From Ophelia neglecta (lineage: Eukaryota), in NCBI GenBank assembly GCA_965285935.1, contig OZ260667.1:17918001-17982000 (forward strand): DNA of 64,000 nt, written 5' to 3'. Made by a program: the position numbers and the translations under genes. The notes beneath the pieces were generated by a model. The model worked only from the letters and a program-made list of their open reading frames with translations. It did not search any database and was not told the origin of the DNA. Shown in pieces: positions 26,206 through 39,700 of this stretch (positions are counted from its first letter, which is position 1; each line of letters begins with the position of its first letter).

Positions 26206-27379
26206 TTGGGGCATGCTTCCCGGGGAATTAACTTGTGATCCGCCAGCATACGTGCCCAATTAACCCAGATGCCTATTTATTAGCTAGTATTTGTATTGGA
26301 ATTCTCAGCTGCCCCCCCCCCCTCAAATAATGAATATCGCCTAATTGACGGCGATGAAGGTGGTACTCGGACACACAGCGTGTTGACTGAGACTAGACTG
26401 TACGAGGCTTACGTGTGGTTTAATGCGTCGTATCTGACATCCATCACATTAGTGTGATATTAAACTCGATTAGAATAACGCAGCTCTCTCATTTCTATGG
26501 GTTATAATCATCTTCCCTATCTAGGTTTCAAACTGAAGGACACGCACAGGAAGCGATTTTGACAGTACTTCTTGGTTAAAAGTTCCCCATCTGACATTAT
26601 ATAAACACATGAGGCTGGCGTAATATGATGTACTGATGCTAGTAATGTCTACAAAAACAGAGATAAGAAGTTTATATTAAGAAGTGTCGTGCTGCTCTCA
26701 GCACTCGAGCATTTGCTGCCATTTTGGAAGAAAAGCCTTGCCAATCAAAGATATCATAAGATGCTCAAGACATTGCGTCACTCACAGATCGTGGTAAAAC
26801 TCCAACTCCGGCGAGATGGGCTTATAGATTATAAAGATCTTAATGGACAGGATCTTCTTGAATAAAGAAAAGGGGGAGTCCTAAATTATTTCTATTCAAC
26901 ACAGGTTTACGAGGGATAGTTCGCATTTACCTAATGTGGCCTAAGTAGGAGCAAAACACGAGGCGTACAAGCGACTTGGGCTAATCTATAACAAAACTTA
27001 GCGCTTTGAAATTTCAAGCGGAAAATAGAACAAAGTTCTGAGTCAACTAGTAGATTTTTAGTTCTGTAAATAAAACCATTTATCGGATGACAATAATATA
27101 CTATAACATCATAAATTTGACAACAACAATCCTTTAAGTTTAGCAGCCAACATTACTGAAAGGTTGAACAATTTATCGGAATGAAATTAAGACATTTGCA
27201 AAACAAACTGTCACATTTAGACTATTTCGATATTAGGGGTGAAATGCTGCAGCATCTGACGAGTTTGGCCGCCGCCGACAATCTTCCTTGATACCTTGGG
27301 ATTGGATCAATAAGATCTCGGTAAAGCGGGCGGAAGTAGCCCGTACCATTTCCGGGTGCGCTTGAACCACCTGCCACCG

Positions 27380-27620
27380 AGTTCACTATTGGCAGGCAGT
27401 GGCTTCGTAAGAGAATAATATAAGACGGACTGTGGAAATGGCGAAAATTGGATGGTTTGTAAGGGCTATAATACTTTCAGCAAACATTACATTCCAGTTT
27501 GTCGACCAAGTTTGCCCTTAGGGTGATCTATTATCGCATATCGATGAGAAAGTATTGATTCCCATGTTTGCCTGATTTACCTCATTACCAAACACATCGT
27601 AAAGCAGACACATGGTGTAA
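27380..27620 (-). mobile_element. Degraded LINE reverse-transcriptase fragment (late RT motifs)
   Basis: The minus strand reads TWSTNWNVMFAES (~27512-27475), matching the W...W.V.F.P.K motif of CR1-group RTs. The flanks are heavily mutated. Confidence 0.3.
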
Positions 27621-30600
27621 GTTTGTGAAAGGCAACTGATTAATAGTCAATACATAATGCATGACTATTTAAAAAAAATAAATGCGTGATTGTCGAAAAC
27701 AGCACCCAGAAACTGTAGCTAGAAATTGTTCTTCCAGATCAATGATTTAATTGCATCCAATTCAAGTAACGTTCGAAATAATATGTAAGCTTGCACTTGA
27801 GGGATAAGAAGGCAATTCAGGCTGTTAATACTCACTTATCCCTTACACGGTGACCATATACCCATGTTTTCTATTTCTAGAGCGGCTCTAATTAACAAGA
27901 GAGGCGTTAGGAATGACATGCGAAAGCCAAAAACATGGCCAAGAAGGGTATATCATAGCTGATTTACATCACCATGTTGGTCTAAGACAGTGTTTAGCAT
28001 AGACAAAAATATGATAGAAATGGAAACCCCTTTATCAATGAATATTAAACTTTTTTATGAAACTGGTATGATGTCATTTTATAAATATAATGCATAACAT
28101 TGATAATCTAAACACTCAACACTCTAACACTCAATTGCGACAAAAAATATTCTAACCAACAACCCATGGCAATCTAAGGGCTCTTCCAGTTGCGGCATGC
28201 ACTTGGTCTCAACACAAGTAATTCATATAGTGCGCCGTATAAAAAAAAATTCTTGACAAAGTAATTAGTGGTCTAGAAAAAAACTGCATAAGTACCACTG
28301 TTGTGTTCCATGCTTTTTTTGCTTGTTGCAACAAAAACTCTTAGTGTATTGTGTAAATCATCTCAATATTAACTGGTGGTAGGGCGCTACAAGAAGAACT
28401 CGCTACCTTCTTACTTAACTGTGTGCTTATAGACTACAAGTTTGAACGGAACATAACACCCAGAGGGCATTTCATGGCGTAAGGGATTCGTACGATAAGT
28501 ACATCATGAGGGGTGCAATGCTGTTGATACCAGGGCTGTATATGCAGAGAGATCTAAGATTGTCCAGCAGATGGCAGCCTAAGTCCTTACAGGTAGCTGA
28601 CACGACTTGCCGATGGCCTTCTAATGTTATTGGTATTTAGGTAAGCGGATTTCATGGCCGTTTAAAGTCCTCCTAGTTAGTAAGGTAACGGAATAAAAAC
28701 TACTAATCAGACTTATTCAGCCAGCTTTCGGTGCAAACAGGATAGGGGGGCACTTTTGACGTGAGCGTACTCAGACCGGCCTTTTCTAGGGCTTTTTCGC
28801 AAAATGATAAGACGTTGCTGAACATGTATATTCCAAAACATCTGGGGATTACAAAAAAAAACAAATACTGCAGTGCATTTGATAAGTCAGTGCAATTGTA
28901 ATACTTAATGCTTCAAATCAAAGGAGGACAAAACAAAAGACCTTAAATCCGAACAAATACACAAGAACAGGATATTTATTGCTAGGAATAGCAGAATGAA
29001 TGAAAGGTGATTCTTCTGGATGGTTCAGTGTCAGTTACTTCTATATGAGTGAAAAACGAGAGTGGATACGTGAAACACAATACAAAATCAACAATCAAGA
29101 ATTATCGATTAAATCAGCCCGAATTCACCATCTGAGGACCATTAGCTACAGGTCAACAAATACCAATCCTCTGTTCCATAAATGTTAAAAAAGTTGTAAC
29201 GAAACAAACAATACAAAAAATACTTTTTTAAATCGCAGTGACCATTTACATTTCACAATTCCAATGGGTATTTTGCGTTCCCGTTTTCATTTGCAAGTTA
29301 TTGAAGAGCACCACGTCGGACCCTTCACACACGGCTTGCATCCAGCTTTTCAATTCTTCTTCAAACCTGTTTTTTAAATGTTATGGTCTATAAAGGCAAG
29401 TATTGTGATATTGGAAGAAATGGAAGTAAATCTCCACTTTTTGCTTCAGTTCATGGTCGAAGCAATAGGCCCTGCTCCAGAAAGGCGTGCCAAAGAGATG
29501 TTGTCTGCCAGGAATATGGTGCCATATAGAGGTTACTAGTGTTTAACAGGTACTGAATAGGCCCTAACACATATCCCTGACGCAGGAATTGACCAAGCGG
29601 AAGGTACTTAATGCACTTCTCTCATGTGCCACTCTTGCCATTATGTTTGAAAGAGCATCTTTTAGTAGTCACTATGCCGTCTCCTATAAACCACCTGGCA
29701 ATTTTTCAGGAAAAGGCCAGACAGTGTCAAAGGCGATCTGACGCTTTGCACAATAAAAAACACACACTATGCAACACAATATTGTAAAACACAAATCAAC
29801 TGTTCTCTAATGCGAATGAGATTTATTCACCATGAGAGAGTGATTCCACCACGGAACCTGGGGTGCATTGGGTTCTATGTCATCCACTGCTCCATGGTAT
29901 CACGTTCCAAAAGTTCCTAGATGGCAGATGGTGATATATATGCTGTATATGAAGTATCTAATACAGATAAGCCTGTGAATTAAGACCACACAATGGATTG
30001 CAGAGGTGGTATGCAGGCTTTTTACATGCAAAGAATTCAACATGTTCTCCACATTAGTGGTCTGAATAGTCTGGTGGTCTGAACACAGAGATGGTGATGA
30101 TGAATAACATCATTACCTCATTTATCGATATAACTTTGAATGTTTTACACGACTGTTTCGACTTTTGAAAAATAAACATCATCATTATATTACTACAATT
30201 AACACATTCACCTGGGGTATAAAAATGCTATCCGCAGTAGATAACCATTTTAACCAAAATTTACTGGCAGAAAATCTAAAAGCGATCCTAGATAACATAT
30301 TCCTCTACTTTGCTTTCTGTCAGATATTGTGATATACCATTCGAAAGCCATAATGAGGCGGTCATCGCCTGGTTGGCAGGTGTCGGGCCAGCAGGGCATC
30401 AGGTGACAGCACCAGCTTCTCTAACACAAAGATCCTTGGGGTTCTGTTCAAGATGGCTAATCTAAAGAGGGTAGAATGCGATTTATTATGCTCCAATTTA
30501 TAATTAACTGTGCTAAAAACTACAAATTAATCCTGTATCTTATAATGCAGTATAATTTTATGCTAAAAATGAAAAGAACATCCATTTGTGTCGATTTGTT

Positions 30601-30814
30601 GTTGATTTACAACAATTTGTATCGACCTAGTCTGATCTAAATCAATCTGATAATGTTTTTTCTGTTGTTTATTCATGTATGAGTACATATTATGATATGT
30701 GGTTGGAGTAAAGATATAACCCAAAATAGTCGCCTTATATCTGGGGTCGGGAGATATGGTGATATCTAGGAATACACACAAGTTATACTTGAAAAGAGTA
30801 AATTCTTATTAACG

Positions 30815-31040
30815 TTATTTGCGTATAAGATTGAAACAATAAGGTAGACATACAAGGTATACCGGAAGAGTGTACATTGTTATCTTAATATAACTGTGTA
30901 TTTGAATGAAACAATAATGAATACCTACGATGTATACTCCAAGAGTGTACATTGTAATTTCAAGTAAATTGTGTAAATGATTGAAACAATAAGGAATAAA
31001 TGCATTATATACTGATAGAGGGTGCATTGTAATTATAAGG
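30815..31040. repeat. Diverged 75-bp tandem repeat, 3 copies
   Basis: The anchor (T/A)TGAAACAATAA occurs at 30831, 30906 and 30981. The anchor AGAG(T/G)GT(A/G)CATTGT recurs with the same 75-bp period. Confidence 0.85.
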
Positions 31041-33702
31041 CGTGTGCACGTATAAACCCAGTATGGCCGCCACATATTGCCCGAAAATAGCTTATGCTGG
31101 AATTTTGCAGCGATCTTATGAATAAGTATAAGGCTGCAATCACTCTGAGTGGAAAAAAGGACAGAATAGATAAACATATGCATGTTTTTGATTGGCTGAG
31201 CCTTATTCACATAAAACAATATGGCAGCCATATTTGACTGAAAATGAAATTTTTTGCATTTGGTAGATACAGAAGTAAATATTACAATTTTTTAAAAGGT
31301 TTCAAATGACAGAAGTGAACTGTATATGAATATGTGTATTATTGATTGGTGGAAATAATTCATTTGCCCGAATACAAAGTGGATGTCACACTCACTGAAA
31401 TCAAGTAATATTGACGATACGCAGCTGCAAATTGAAAAAAAGCAGTAGCACGAAATTTTTAAATGAGAAGACGTCCATGAGTAAATACATTTGGAAATAG
31501 AAAATGCATATCTTTATTTGATAACTGATTGGTATTTGCATAAACCAATATGGTTACGAAGACTTTTTGACTGGAATTGATTAAAGTTGGCATTGTTTGA
31601 AACTTCATAATGATAGAAAACAAAGTTTTGGCTTGTGTGACGTCATACTGTGTTTGACGCCCTTTTCCTGCCTGCATATCGAGGGGGTCCCTCCGATATT
31701 CGGTGGATTTGGGCAAGCCTTTGGTTGGCTTTATATATGGTTGGTTGGCTGGAATAGTATAATGTTGATGGTATTATGTTGATCCGGCCTCTGTATATTC
31801 TGATCATGAGTGCATTTGTGGCTCATCTTATGATTATTTTCTATTCCACTACTTATTTATTTATTTAGTTATGCTGTTACGTATTTGTCTACTTACGAGT
31901 ATAAAATCTTGTTATTTTGTACTGTATTTATGCTGTGTATTGGGTCAGGAATGACTTTTTCAATAGATAAATCTAAATATGTATAAAAGTGCCTCGTAGG
32001 CTAGGCTTAATTAGAATCAATTCAATATATGACATGCGTTAGGTTTCAATTTCACTTTGAGTAATGGAAGCACATTGTATGTATTCCTTGTTGTTCAGTG
32101 ATAAGAGCAGAGGTTCAAGCGAATTTGAGGTCAACAAACTGGTGTGAGAAAAGAATGCTGCTTTATCACTGGAAAACGAGGTTGGATTCCCGTCAGACAA
32201 AGCAAAATCAGTAATCCAAACTAGTCCATTAAATGGGCCCCATATCATAAGTAATCACCAGCCACACCCGTTTGTATAGCAATCCGCAGGATTTGTAGTG
32301 AGTGATTTGAGTCTGCCAAAGAAGCAAGTCAACAATTTGAATGGAGTCAACAAAAACAATAATTTTGGACCGTGATGGAATCTGAGGAGGTGAACGATTC
32401 TACTAAAGGTGCCAATCAGAAATTATAGGAATATCAACGTTAAGGATGAAAAGCGAATGACTTGAATTAAAAACAGAGACATGGAGCGTTAGATAAATCA
32501 GGTAATAATGAACACATCCATAGTGTATGAGTGTTAGACTATAAAAAGAAGTCTATATATGTGACTTGACATAATACAAAAAAAACACTTAGAAATAAAA
32601 ATAATAATAATACAGATAATCACATATACCATATCACATCATGCAAGTATAAAGAATATGATGTTCATCGTATCTCTGGTACCGAGGCAGGAAGGAAGAA
32701 CTCAAAAATATTGCATCGATAATTAGATAGTATTAGCATGGGTATAACAGAGGTCTTGGTTTAAGGCGCATTTTCCACAGGAGGCTATTAATAGAGCACA
32801 TAAAATGGTCGGGTAACAAAAAAATAATAAAGTCACAGAAAAGAAGACAGGATCACAACACACATTTTGTTAAATACAATAAATGAATTTCGTCACAAGA
32901 GCGTCATAGTTAAAATGTCGAAGAAGTCAAGGAGACCAGGAGGAAAAGGGCATCAGGCACTGTTCCCTGCAATCAAGTCCGCCACCCAGATGCAAATGTA
33001 AAATAAGCAGTGTTCCATAAAATGCCTTGTTTCCTTGAGGAAGCTTTACTTCGAACGTGTTTACCTAATTCTCATAATATGCTTTAATATCACCTGGCTG
33101 CTGACTCCTAATTGTGGAGCTCCATGTGAACAAGAGGCAGCTCGCTGGCTGTATACAATCGATAAACAACAGCAATAAATACCCATTAGAAAAACCAGAA
33201 TCGGAAGAATTGATTTAATCGTTGCGATTTCATCAAATAAAATTTACCATAAATAATATAAAATATCAATCTCAACAGGTTGATACACAAATATGAACGG
33301 CACCATTAACTACAATCGTAAGTAGAAAACAGTCTACAGGTTTCCTTGATGTGCATCGCACCACCAAATATGCGATAACCTGCAGTAAGACAATTGAGGC
33401 ATGATTTGATATCCACAGAAATTACAATAAAAGGCAATTAATGTGTGAAGCGCATCACGTACGTTTTCATTGTTATAAAAGGGAATTAACTTTGTACGCT
33501 TTTAGTGTGACTGTAATTTAGTATACTGTTTATCGAATCAGTAGAATGCAGAACGATCTGGCCTCGGATAAACAGAAAGTTGTTACTGAAAACTTTTTCT
33601 TTTACTGCAAAGATGTAAAAGTAATTCCAATGTGAACCTTAACCTTTTTGTTTGATGGATAACAGCATTTTTTTTATTTTCTATATATCGATTATAAACG
33701 AA

Positions 33703-33720
33703 ATATATATATATATATAT
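33703..33720. repeat. (AT)n microsatellite
   Basis: About 9 AT units. Confidence 0.8.
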
Positions 33721-36700
33721 AAAGTTAAACGACATTCTTTAGTTCAGCCGTTCATGCTCAAGCCTTCTTTGGGCCTCTATGGGCCTATAGAAAATCTATT
33801 TTGCTGATTGCAGCCTTTGAGTAAAAATGTTATGCACAGAACTGCACTGTAAAATGCTTATCTTTCACTGCACTATGCATTTAAAGAGATCGAGCAATGT
33901 TTCAGTTTCACTGTACCCGGCGACAGGAATCAGATAAAATGGTGAAACATTCCCATATCAAAGACGAGGGAAATAAAATAGCCATAGAACTGGTTCTTAG
34001 TTCAAGGACAACACAGCCGCAAATCTATAGTCAGTAATGATAACAATGGAGCCCACCGACTGTAGGAAATTAAATAAAATAGAATGATGAATCAAATTTT
34101 CTAGCGAAAAAATAAGTGTGCCTTACACTTTTCTTTAAAGGAAAAGAGCCGTTATACGCAGAAGAGAAATAACTGGTAGTTCAGAACATTTATTAGTGAG
34201 TTCAGTCAATGACAAGCTCCATGTAGGTCTATACTGTATGTTTTTTTATTAACTAAGTGTCAAAAGTTATGCCAATCTATATTTAGTGACTTGCTACATA
34301 GCCTATAATAGGCTACATAGCCTTAGTGATGTTATTACATTTCCCTTCCCGAGAGAAAAAGGATAACCGTCTTTGGACGCCAGACTCCTGAGACTGGAGT
34401 CGCGCTAACGTCGATGGCGTGTCTCTAGTACTGAACATAAAAACCAGCAAGGTAAACCAGACAGGCATGTGGCATTATTTGTTCGGGCGTGTGTTTTGTG
34501 CTGATATGATCCTGTACAGAAGCCCTCTGCTACAGATCCCAATTATAGACAACCGAAGTATCCATATTTAAATTCATTACTTAAAAGAAAGAACTCGTTT
34601 TTTATTTTTAAAACAGTCGAATGGACCGAAGAAAGCCTAGTGACATAACTACTCCCGATGCTCGACATATTGCTCAAGACCATTTCTTTATATAACAGCA
34701 GCTACCATATAGAGTGCATTACAAAAACACATTGCCTCGTCAATTGAATACCGAAAGAGAATATATTAAAAACCACAAGCACATGGCTATAGGGCGAGAC
34801 CATTGCTTTAAGTCATCCATCCGTGTAAGGCGCAAACGAAAATATAGTAACATGGCATTACCTATTTCATCAAAAATGAAGCTGGTTCTGTATGCATGGC
34901 TGAAATAATGAAGGTTAGAGAAGGGATGTGCACTTCCATTTGGTCAATGGTTCAATGGGGACGCCGGGTTTGAGTTATTTATGAGTGACCAGAGGACCAT
35001 TTTAGAAGACAGCGGGAAGCGATTTTTGACCCGTTTGTTCTCTTCCCTCATTACTTAAGGTGAAATTGCCGCGGACAGCCGTGAGAAAATCCTTGAACTA
35101 CGACATCCGTTTCATCAGTCTGCAGAAACGCTCCTGAATGGGATGCGGGAGACAAAATTATCTAGAATGCTGCCTCGACGCGCAGTGTAGACGACGGGCG
35201 GGACAGATTTATATTATAGACTGGTGCCCTCTGGTACTAACTGACACGTCGCAGTATGATACATCGCTATGGGAGTTCAGTCACCAGATGCTGTGGACAT
35301 CAGAACCTATTTATTTCCTCGTTTGTTTCTGCATGCTTATTTAACATCCTAATTTATAGGAAAGACGCCTGTCACTTATATTAAGCCCTAAAATCATTAT
35401 TCCGTTTTAAAATAGCACGTCCCTGAGACTGTAATTACTTGGCAATTTGACTACTCCAGATCAAAGGTGAATGAATTTTGCCTCAGCATCTTAATCTGAT
35501 CGAAGGCTCGCCGATCCTGTAATCCAGGTCATCATCCGCTACACCCGCTCACCCCTGTCATCACATTTAGGCGTACTCCGAAAGGGCGTCTGATTAATAC
35601 TGATGGCACCTGCCCGAGCCTCAGAGCACGAGTCGGAGGATGGTTTATTGTGAGACACAAGTCGCCAGAAGTATAATGGGCTTCTTGTAAGTTCTGTGTC
35701 TAACTGTGGAAACCTTGGGGCAGAATAAGTACAAATCTAACCAGTCTTAGATAAGAACTACCCCTGCACAGTCTGTTTTGTCTGACCTTTTTTTTTTACG
35801 AATTTAATCTGGTGGGGACTAGTTGGCAAGGAACAAATACAGGGCGTTTTAAACAAATTAATTGTGAACATATTCAATAGGACAACGCCTCTTTTTCTAG
35901 CATGGTTAAAAGCCGAGAAAGAGAAATGGTCAGAAATTGGCCTACTTTGGCACCAAACGGATGGTCTAAGTACAGTCTGCTGCTGACAAAATTGCCATAG
36001 AATATTTAGATAACCTTTATATTTTGTTTAAAACAAGCTTATGCTTTAGTCCCGTTAAGCAATAACATGTGTCTAGTCTCGTTAAGCAAAAACATTGTCT
36101 AACAGGCATGTGCTTTCAAACATAAGCGGTTTAATGTCAGCCATTTCCTCACATAATCACCTCGGTACCACTCATCTTCAATAGAGCAGACCACAGCTGT
36201 ATTTAATACATCACTTTATTCACCTTTCTTCGTAAAACCAAATGGATGCTTAGGTAAGTTTCATCGCTTTGATTCATTCGCATTCTAGAACAACGACGAC
36301 AGCTTCTCTTCTAGTTTTACCACTTAAAAATAAAGCAACATCAGGCTGACATAAATATAAAGCTTCTTGAAGAAGAAAAACCTGAAGAATTCGAATGTAG
36401 AACAGCTTGAATTCCTCAAAAAGCTTTTGATGATGAATTATTAAATTGGCTTATCTCCACGACTCTCAGTTCCTGGAAATTGAAAAGTATGTCTCGTCTA
36501 GTCAGGACAGAGCTTCTTCACCGGAGGCATACCAGAAGACAAGGGTTGTTCAATACTATAATGTCTGTACTTGAAACCATCTCATGTGAGCCAGTATGCT
36601 GGTGCTCATTTAAATCGACGTATAAATTAAGTAGGAAAAATGTTCAAATAATCGTCCGGAGGATGTCGAAAATCCTGGCATTGTGTCGTCCTCCTTTTTA

Positions 36701-39700
36701 GGACGTTTCTTTCTTAATTACATATATCTTGCCGATATATCCAGTATTGTGCTATTTTCCCAGCTTATCTATATACAAGCGCCGTTATGGATCCGGTTTC
36801 CTATATTTCACGAAACGAACCAAAAGATTATTAATATATACTTATATAGTAATAAAAATGTCAATAGCAATTCAGTATACCCGATAGACATGTATCGAAT
36901 TGCTCCTTCCCTATGTATAATCCTTTACTGTACTATTGGACATACATTTATATCGACTACTTTGACGGTAACTTGGCGCTTTTTTTAACTAAAGCAGCGC
37001 AACTATACAAGATGTCCTATAGCCGAAGTAAAATGGCATCCGTATGATTGGATGTTACTCTGTGTAGAAGACTTTAATACATTATCTCTAAACTCGTTCC
37101 AAGAAAAAAGGTTACAGCGACAGCGTATATATTGATGAAAGGTGTCTGCCATTTGCAGATACCATCTAGCTGTCAGACGACACAATCTAGGTACCCAACC
37201 AGATGATATGTGTCTTCTTAAGATGGGTTTCCAGTTAACCTCTCAGGATGGGAATGGTTGACCTGGCGATAAAGAGAATAACAACGAGGGCTTCTTGAAG
37301 ATAATTGGTTCCTTACGAACACAAAATGATGGAAAATTACAAAATGAGGGAAAGGTCTTTTGTCCTCTTGAATGTATGTCTGACATAATGTCAGTAAACA
37401 ACTGGATAGAAAAGTTAAAAATAATAACAGTGTTTTGAGCGAAGATTATCAGGCCGTTGTTGAAAAAAGGGTCGAAAACAACTGCTGATGTAGTATTGCA
37501 CAATGTTAAGATACTAGTTAACAGGAATTTGATGGTGGGAACGACCAAAAATTTGTCATAAAAATAATGTCCAGCCAAGTCAACAACCACATTTGAAACT
37601 CCCGAAATATTAGAAAAAAAGAAAAAGATTAAAAATGGCATCAAATTACTCCATATTTGCGGAAGAAATGACATTTTTCGGTTGCCTGTATTTGGTGCCT
37701 GCGACTCCAGACAAAAGCAGACAAATGGGACAAAACTCATGTTTCTCTTCGTAGGTTGTTGCACTCGAAACTCAATTCATCCAAATTGTACCCGGCAACT
37801 TGTTTCTGTTAGGGTAATTATCTTTAAGCCAGACCAGCCAGCCTGTCTGTAAGTCAATAGTTGAGCGATACGGGGACATGTTTAAAGGTAGTCCAACCTC
37901 GAGTTCTGTCAGACATCACGGATGTTTTTGATGGAAACAATAGTTTAATGCAAACCACTCAGGAAATTACAAATGAACTGAAAGTGATGAAGGTTTATAG
38001 CACTCGTTTGGGAAACTAAGTCTTTCGAGTCTTGCATATAAAGTGGATATCTGATGATAAGCCAGATATATAACTCAACATCTGCTTGGTAGATGGTATT
38101 TTTCAGGATATCACGTATAATCCTGCTGCAATTTAGCTATATAATACCTACGGAAGTGCCCGGATTAGGAAACTATAAAGAAATCTCACATGTAAATCAA
38201 TTCCGCCGACCGCCAGAGTTTCGTATTATTTCACCTTGAGGGATCGACCGTGACCCAAGAGGGAAATTAATCAGGCAAAGTCATCGATAATGAATAGGCA
38301 ATTTAACAGGTTGACTATTTGGCCCTGTGTTCTTGCCTGACTGACTTGAGGGGTGAGACGGCCCCAAACCCCTCCTCAATATATTTCAGCCATTCTAATC
38401 ATCCCCACCCCACCTGCTGTATGTTTCCCGTCATCGCCTACCAATAGTCATATATCTACATCAACCACCAACGCAACGACAGCATAACTGGCTAAACAGG
38501 CTCAGGCACCATCTATCAATTCTGTGAATGTTGTGCCCAAACGGGACGATCACCGCTATGATCCCTCGCCTCTCGCCTATCATAGGCTACCTACAGCGGA
38601 AAAAACAAGTCAGGCCTAGTCATCTAGTTGAATTTGTTTTATTTATGATGCTTCATATGGTCACTTTATGTATTCCAAATCACATTGAAGGCGACACATA
38701 TGGGGGTATACCGGCTATTTAAAAAATACTTCCATTTGCAGCTGAGTAAGGCCGATTTATTTTTTTATTAGCTATAATTTTTTCGCTGATTTGCAATTCA
38801 GCGCTCCATATAGTGGAATTGTAACGACACCTGGCCCTTGCCCAGTCTCAGTTTAGAAAACAATCTTTTTCGCATTACTTTTCACCATAAATCAAAACAC
38901 ATAGCTAGTCAAAACTTATCTAAGACGCAGTTATTGCAATTCCAGACAAAGTGAAAATCAATGGGCTGATGAAGGATTTTTGGAAGACGTAACCTTACGC
39001 CAAGTTGGGCAGGCAGATGTGGCGACCAAAAATAGTTCTTTGGAATTTTTGTTCAGAGAAAATACAGATAAACTTATACATAGTTTCTGTAATAACATGA
39101 ACATGCTTATGAATCAATTTTGACTTCAAGCAAACTGCCGAGGATATCTACGGACTTCTATCTGAAATCACGTGACCAAATCAGTTTCGACGTGCGTCTT
39201 AGCAGACGGATCTCGGTGGTGACATCTGGAGGCTTCGCTCAACATAGACTATTAAGAGGGTGATCAGCACCCGGATCTGCTTAGGCATCTATAGATCTAC
39301 AAGAACGTTTATGTAAACATGTGTTTATACTAGGCGATTAAGCTAACTTTTACCGATCAATGTTACCACTCAGTTAAACAGCCATGAGTTAATGAGCCAG
39401 AAGGCCGGACCTTTTTGTGCAGTGATTTGTCAATAAAAATATCAACATTCTGAGAGGAATGCTAATTTGCTTAGACAGACATTCACCACCACCGGATCGC
39501 ACGTAAATAAGAACTTTTTTCATTCTGCACTTCTTCTATTGTCTGAATCAGGCTTTCTATTGTGGTAGGCCTATATGTAAGTTGAAAGTTTTGCTTCTCG
39601 ACCCGCATTGTCATCACATCGGTTGAGTCCAGCTCATTTGCTGTAACAAAGGCAACAGAGTATGATGCTGTTCTTCTCAGCAGGGGGTGATTACAATTTC

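Noticed and set aside
28775-28795. Histone 3' stem-loop-like sequence (GGCCTTTTCTAGGGC)
   Set aside because: The stem is imperfect and there is no histone CDS upstream.
33240-33360. Possible Penelope-like RT trace (VENSL..FLDV)
   Set aside because: A single short motif requiring a frameshift, with no supporting neighbours.
37243-37764. 173-aa hydrophobic minus-strand ORF; possible Mutator-like transposase traces on the plus strand of 36300-37700
   Set aside because: The Phe/Ile-rich composition is what the antisense of A-rich DNA yields. The plus-strand motif resemblance was too faint to call.
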